Shown: positions 58,888 through 64,000 of the stretch, in pieces | Layout: each line of letters begins with the position of its first letter | Numbering within the stretch: position 1 is the stretch's first letter | Origin: Eubacterium sp. | Lineage (GTDB): Bacteria; Bacillota; Clostridia; Oscillospirales; Acutalibacteraceae | Length of the DNA: 64,000 nt | Assembly (NCBI GenBank): GCA_051881195.1 | Contig: JBJEPK010000010.1 | Location: 1,389-65,388, forward strand | Direction of reading: 5' to 3' | The notes under the pieces: generated by a model | The model's database searches: none | What the model was told of the DNA's origin: nothing | The model's input: the letters and a program-made list of their open reading frames with translations, nothing else | Position numbers and translations under genes: made by a program

Positions 58888-59957
58888 TATTCTACCAATA
58901 TTCTGTTATATATTTCTGCTACATCATCTGCCTCCAACACAGTAGGATTATTGCCTAATCGGGAGACATTAACCTTGGATACGAATCCCGGTATTCTGCC
59001 GGCATCAATTCTTGGAGCAGCCAGCGCAAACTCGTCCTTTACCATCCGTTCAAAGTCAGTTAAGCCACCCATCATATCCTCAAGCTGTGCAAAGGTATCC
59101 AATGTATGCTCCCTACCCATGGGGTCATTCACTCTGTCATTATGCTCCAGCATATATCTCCATATCTCAACAAGGCAAGCTGCAACGCTGTGTCCGTGGG
59201 CAGTGCCGCAATTCATAGTAATATTGTAGCACATTGCATGTGCGGCAGTAGTACCGGTGATATTGATGGCCTTGCCGCCATAGTATGATGCCATCAGCAT
59301 ACCACGATTGCCGGATTGGGTGTTGGACATATAATCATCTTTGTTCTCCATAAAAAGTTGAATTGCCTTTGCGGCATATTCCCTGCTCTCATCAATTGCC
59401 TTTGTGCTCCAAAAGCTCTCAATAGCGTGGCACAGAGCGTCCAGGCAGGTACACTTGCGCTGATAGTCGGGAACGGTGAACAACAGCTTTTCGTCCAGAA
59501 TAACATAGTCGGGAATAAAATCATAATTTGCAATACTGAGCTTATCCACCTCATTAACATAGAACACAGAGGACTTTGTAGCCTCTGCCCCTGTACCGGC
59601 AGTGGTAGGTATAAACAAAGTTTTTATGTCATTATTTTTCATTGGCTGTTCAAGGCATGTGGCAATATCGTTTGTGGTCATCAGCCTAATCATCTTTGCG
59701 CTATCCATAGGCGAGCCACCACCTGCTGCTATGAGAAAATCACAGCTCTCCCTATTGAACAACTCTGCGCCGTCAATCATATCCTCAAATCTAGGATTAG
59801 GACGAATGTGGTCAAAAATTACGGGATTAAACTTTTTTATATACTCAAAAGCCTCGCTTTTTTGGAAGCTTTTGCCACAGCAAAGAAAAGGCCTTTGAAC
59901 GCCGTAACGCTCAAAAACCTCATCAATATCTGTGTAATTATCAAGAATCACACTCAT
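58887..59957 (-). CDS. Iron-containing alcohol dehydrogenase family protein
   Basis: PNP, GGGSPMDSAK, PTTAGTGAE, LDALCHAIES, AAHAM and HG motifs. Confidence 0.88.
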   Translation of the reverse strand: MSVILDNYTDIDEVFERYGVQRPFLCCGKSFQKSEAFEYIKKFNPVIFDHIRPNPRFEDMIDGAELFNRESCDFLIAAGGGSPMDSAKMIRLMTTNDIATCLEQPMKNNDIKTLFIPTTAGTGAEATKSSVFYVNEVDKLSIANYDFIPDYVILDEKLLFTVPDYQRKCTCLDALCHAIESFWSTKAIDESREYAAKAIQLFMENKDDYMSNTQSGNRGMLMASYYGGKAINITGTTAAHAMCYNITMNCGTAHGHSVAACLVEIWRYMLEHNDRVNDPMGREHTLDTFAQLEDMMGGLTDFERMVKDEFALAAPRIDAGRIPGFVSKVNVSRLGNNPTVLEADDVAEIYNRILVE

Positions 59958-59967
59958 AATCTACCTC

Positions 59968-60747
59968 TTAATCAGCATTTGCCAGCCATTCATATTCCGG
60001 CACATAAATTCTGGTCTTATCCCATGGGTCACCATCGAGATGGCGAATAAGCCATACATAGTACATCTCGTATCCGGGTGCAGTCACCTGCTGATGAGCA
60101 TTACCCCCACGAATACACAGACAGGTGCCATTCTCCGTCTTATATGGTGTGTCGCCCTCAAATCCGGCGCCAAAGCCTTCCGGATGGTCAAACTGATAAT
60201 AATACAATTCCGGCTGTGGATGATGATGGGGCGGATATGATGACCAGCGTCCCGGCTGATTAAATACCTCTCCCATTACCATATTGGAATACGGAGCATT
60301 GTCCAAATCGAACATTGTGGATACGATACGATGGCCGGTACCACCCCACTGACCCTTGCCGAATTCCTGGTACAAGCAATTGTCAGGGTTATAGAATACA
60401 GGCTCCCATGTCTTGTCGTTATCTGTAATCTGCACCAAAATCTCCGTGCCGTCCTGCAATGCCGTTACACCGGCAGGAGTACCCTTGCAAAAATGGACGG
60501 CATAGGGCGTTTTTTGGAACGGATTTTCTCTGTGGCAGGTCTCGTTAATCTTTCCATTATCAATATTGAAATTAACCTTACCCGACAGCAAAAGAACCGC
60601 ACATTCGTCATTATCCAAATTGCAAATATATGCCTCGCCCTTGTTCAGTCTGTAAACATAAATGTCCATAAGCATATCGGCATTTACGCCGTTTCGTTCA
60701 CACAAGGTCTTTACACCGTTTTCGTCATAATCAGGTCTAAATATCAT
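59968..60747 (-). CDS. IolB/KduI-family cupin (5-deoxy-glucuronate isomerase-like)
   Basis: GEV..PGRWSSYPPHHHPQPELYYY and APGYEMYYVW motifs. Confidence 0.85.
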   Translation of the reverse strand: MIFRPDYDENGVKTLCERNGVNADMLMDIYVYRLNKGEAYICNLDNDECAVLLLSGKVNFNIDNGKINETCHRENPFQKTPYAVHFCKGTPAGVTALQDGTEILVQITDNDKTWEPVFYNPDNCLYQEFGKGQWGGTGHRIVSTMFDLDNAPYSNMVMGEVFNQPGRWSSYPPHHHPQPELYYYQFDHPEGFGAGFEGDTPYKTENGTCLCIRGGNAHQQVTAPGYEMYYVWLIRHLDGDPWDKTRIYVPEYEWLANAD

Positions 60748-60757
60748 AACTACTCTC

Positions 60758-61615
60758 CTAATCAATTACAGTCAAATTCTTCAAGCTAACGTCCATAATC
60801 GGGGCTGAATGTGTCAGTGCACCACAGGATACAAAGTCAACGCCGATTTCTGCAATTTCCTTAAGTCTTGCCTTAGTAACATTGCCGGAGCATTCGGTCT
60901 GGGCTCTGCCGTCAATCATTGCCACCGCCTTGCGCATGGTGTCGTTGTCCATATTATCCAGCATAATAATATCAGCGCCGGCGTCAATGGCCTCCTGCAC
61001 CTGCTCCAAGGTCTCGGTCTCTATCTCAATCTTGCGAACAAAAGGAGCATAGGCCTTTGCCATCTTGATGGCATTGGTAACAGAGCCTGCAGCACCGATA
61101 TGATTATCCTTTAGCAGCACGCCGTCGGACAAATTGTATCTATGGTTGGTAGCTCCGCCCACTCTGACAGCCTCTTTCTCGAAAGGACGCATATTGGGAG
61201 TAGTCTTTCTTGTGTCCAGGAGAACGGTATCATAGCCCTCCAGCTCATCCATATACTCCCTGGTCATAGTAGCGATACCCGACATACGCTGCAAATAATT
61301 GAGTCCTGTACGCTCACCGGAAAGGATTGCTTTTACATCTCCGTAGATAACGCCTAAGAGGTCGCCTTTTTTTACTCTATCGCCGTCGTTAAAATTACGC
61401 TCAAAGCGAGAGGTACTGTCCAGGAGCCGGAATGTTCGCTCAAATACATCAAGACCGCAAATTATTCCATCCTGCTTGCAAATGAGATCCGCCCTGCCCT
61501 GCTTATCCTGTGGCATAACAGCGTTTGTGGAAACATCCTCGGAGGTGATGTCCTCCCTAAGTGTGTTGAGAATATAATCGTCAACATTAATCTTCATTGT
61601 CACACCATTTAGCAT
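60758..61615 (-). CDS. nadC: Nicotinate-nucleotide diphosphorylase (quinolinate PRTase)
   Basis: LDTRKTTP, NHRYNLSD, LKDNH, IMLDN and GALTHSA motifs. Confidence 0.96.
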   Translation of the reverse strand: MLNGVTMKINVDDYILNTLREDITSEDVSTNAVMPQDKQGRADLICKQDGIICGLDVFERTFRLLDSTSRFERNFNDGDRVKKGDLLGVIYGDVKAILSGERTGLNYLQRMSGIATMTREYMDELEGYDTVLLDTRKTTPNMRPFEKEAVRVGGATNHRYNLSDGVLLKDNHIGAAGSVTNAIKMAKAYAPFVRKIEIETETLEQVQEAIDAGADIIMLDNMDNDTMRKAVAMIDGRAQTECSGNVTKARLKEIAEIGVDFVSCGALTHSAPIMDVSLKNLTVID

Positions 61616-62912
61616 AAAAATCCATATCCTTTCGCTTTATTTCTTCCATAATTATCTTCTTAAATCTCTTGAGTACTTCTTCCTTGCTTGGATAACTGTC
61701 CAGGTCAACCGGTGGGATATTGTCATCCTTTTTGCTGTTGTCCTTGGCTATAAGGTCTGCAGCACGCTTTGCAAACACCAGGCTTTCCAGCAAGGAGTTG
61801 GATGCCAATCTGTTTTTGCCATGGACTCCGTTGCAGGCTGTCTCACCCACAGCATACAGATAATTCATACTGGTAACGCCATTAATGTCCGTCTTGACGC
61901 CACCCATCAGATAATGCTGGGCAGGAGTAACAGGGACCAAATCCTTGGTAATATCATATCCCTGCTCCATACAAGCATCAAATATATTTGGAAATCGCTC
62001 CTTTGCCTGCCGGGTTGTCATAGTTGGCAAGGTAAGATACACATGGTCTGTACCAAACTTCTTCATCTCAGCCACGATTGCCTCGGTAACCACATCCCTG
62101 GGCTGAAGCTCGTCAGTAAAACGCTTGCCCTCCTCGTTAAGGAGGATAGCTCCCTCACCCCTAACGCTCTCGCTGATAAGAAAGCGTCTGCCCTTCTTAT
62201 TGCTGTACAGAGTGGTAGGATGAATTTGGATATAATTGATATTCTCCAACTCAATTCCGTGAATAAGACTAAGCGCAAAGGAGTCCCCTGTGATATGTGG
62301 GTAGTTGGTAGAATTAAGGAACAGACCTCCAATGCCCCCTGTGGCCAAGATTACATTGCGAGCCAGGATTGCTCCCTTTTCGCCATACTCATCCTCACAC
62401 ACAATACCGTAGCAGGTATTGTCCTTTTCTATAATATCAATCATTGTGGTACGAGTAACAAATGTAATATTTTCTCTCTTTTTTGCCATGGAGAGCAGAG
62501 TGTCGGTAATCTCCTTGCCGGTTTCATCCTTGTGATGGAGAATTCTGTTGCGACGATGTGCACCCTCACGAGTGTAGTCGTATTCGCCACTGCCATCGGT
62601 ATCAAAGTCAACACCCAGCTCAATCAGTGTGTTGATAATCTCGGATGAAGCCTTAATCATAACCTCAACAGCCTCAGGATTGTTTTCGTAATGGCCTGCT
62701 TTCATTGTGTCCTCAAAGTAGCACTGAAAATCATCAATGCTCTTCAGTACACAGACGCCGCCCTGAGCCAAATAGGAATCACACTCGTCCAATCTCTCTT
62801 TTGTGATAACCAAAACATTTTGGTTGCTTGGCAGACACAGTGCCGCAAACACGCCGGCTACACCCGAACCGACAATCACTGTATCCGTTGTTATAAACTC
62901 TTGTTTTTTCAT
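61587..62912 (-). CDS. nadB: L-aspartate oxidase
   Basis: GSGVAG, AQGG, TREGAH, QIHPT, ISESVRGEG and HGKNRLASNSLLE motifs. Confidence 0.95.
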   Translation of the reverse strand: MKKQEFITTDTVIVGSGVAGVFAALCLPSNQNVLVITKERLDECDSYLAQGGVCVLKSIDDFQCYFEDTMKAGHYENNPEAVEVMIKASSEIINTLIELGVDFDTDGSGEYDYTREGAHRRNRILHHKDETGKEITDTLLSMAKKRENITFVTRTTMIDIIEKDNTCYGIVCEDEYGEKGAILARNVILATGGIGGLFLNSTNYPHITGDSFALSLIHGIELENINYIQIHPTTLYSNKKGRRFLISESVRGEGAILLNEEGKRFTDELQPRDVVTEAIVAEMKKFGTDHVYLTLPTMTTRQAKERFPNIFDACMEQGYDITKDLVPVTPAQHYLMGGVKTDINGVTSMNYLYAVGETACNGVHGKNRLASNSLLESLVFAKRAADLIAKDNSKKDDNIPPVDLDSYPSKEEVLKRFKKIIMEEIKRKDMDFYAKWCDNED

Positions 62913-63545
62913 AATCTCTTTTCGCCAAATCACGCAATGTGTATTTGTATAGCAAATTTTGACTATACTTATTTTACTATATTATTTTTTTACCCCAAAG
63001 TCAAGAGCAAATACCGGTTATATCAACTATAATACCACCCAAAATACAAATACAAAAAATTGCAAATACAATACAAGTGCCAATATATAGAATTATGGCT
63101 GCAAAATATACGACAATTGTGCAATGCAGACATAACATTTTTTTGTAAAAAATACGACAAAAAAATTGCCGGTTAATAACAGTGTACAATATGCCCAAAA
63201 AACACAGAATTTAGGGCATTTATTTTTTTGCATAAAACTAGGAATTCGGTGAATAATATATTGACTTTTTTGTAATAATATGTTACTTTTTTGTTACCTA
63301 CAAAAACAACAATATTTTGTTGCTTTTCTGTATTTTAGAGTGATTATACAATATATTGTATGGCAATAACGAACTAAACAGCATATTTGGTAATGCAAAG
63401 AGTTACAAATTGGATAAAATACCTACTGTTTTCTTTATTTTACTACTATTATTTGTTATAATCCTTACTGTGTATTGCCACACATAAGAATGAATCACAT
63501 ACTAATACTATTTATATAAAACCCATTTTATCAGGGGGCATAATT

Positions 63546-64000
63546 TTGGAAAACTTTGTTATCGAAGGAAAGCACGAGCTTTTCGGAGAAGTGAATATCA
63601 GCGGTGCAAAAAATGCGGCTGTTGCCATCATTCCTGCTGCGTTGCTGGCAAATGATAAGGTGCGTATAGAAAACATACCTCAAATCAGTGATGTTCAATT
63701 GATTATCGAAATTTTGGATAGCATGGGCGCCGGCATAAAGCTAATTAATCGCAACACTATCGAGATTGACTCGTCCAACATCAACTACCAGCCGGTACCA
63801 TACGAGCTGGCATCCCACTTTAGAGCCAGCTACTATCTTATCGGCACAATGCTGGGCCGTTTCAAAAAAGCCGAGGTAGCAATGCCCGGTGGATGCAATT
63901 TTGGTGTAAGACCTATCGACCAGCACATCAAGGGATTTGAGCTGCTTGGTGCCGACATTGACATTATTGACGGTATGGTATGCGCCAATGCAGACAAGCT
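63546..64000 (+). CDS. murA: UDP-N-acetylglucosamine 1-carboxyvinyltransferase (runs off the window)
   Basis: Read manually: TTG start, MENFVIEG..GEVNISGAKNAAVAIIPA...RASYY...MPGGCNFGVRPIDQH. Confidence 0.93.
   Translation, partial: MENFVIEGKHELFGEVNISGAKNAAVAIIPAALLANDKVRIENIPQISDVQLIIEILDSMGAGIKLINRNTIEIDSSNINYQPVPYELASHFRASYYLIGTMLGRFKKAEVAMPGGCNFGVRPIDQHIKGFELLGADIDIIDGMVCANADK

Noticed and set aside
54570-58890. Possible CRISPR array
   Set aside because: Only two long dispersed repeats, no regular repeat-spacer periodicity and no cas genes.
58807-59229. 140-aa plus-strand ORF
   Set aside because: It starts within the MITE and is antisense to the Fe-ADH gene.

Overview
Ordinary chromosomal segment of a low-to-moderate-GC anaerobic Firmicute. 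Gene content and order suggest a gut Clostridia/Oscillospirales-type organism (inference). It holds about 63 CDS, mostly housekeeping or metabolic: aspS/hisS, mgsA, mreBCD-pbp2, prfB, nrdD/nrdG, T-box-controlled leuA-leuB, a glucuronate (uxaC-kdgK-eda / uxuA-uxuB) cluster, yqfCD, iscS-thiI, luxS, pgm, comM, sfsA, ilvA-ridA, nadBC and murA. I saw no rRNA, tRNA, CRISPR array, prophage or transposase. The most striking locus is at about 36.1-37.15 kb. There a perfect LexA (SOS) box sits inside a promoter driving an uncharacterised 71-aa protein and a stand-alone sigma-70 region-4-like HTH protein. Back to back with it is a predicted ~105-nt sRNA with its own consensus promoter and terminator and an anti-Shine-Dalgarno segment that can pair with the operon's ribosome-binding sites, an architecture reminiscent of tisB/istR. 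Other notable items: two copies of a nested MITE-like element beside terminators (one with a 23-bp duplication of the terminator), a secreted nuclease between nrdD and nrdG, a frameshift-free prfB, several apparent pseudo-enzymes (P-type ATPase, sortase B, PRTase), a HAD-NUDIX fusion and an unannotated 31-aa membrane peptide.
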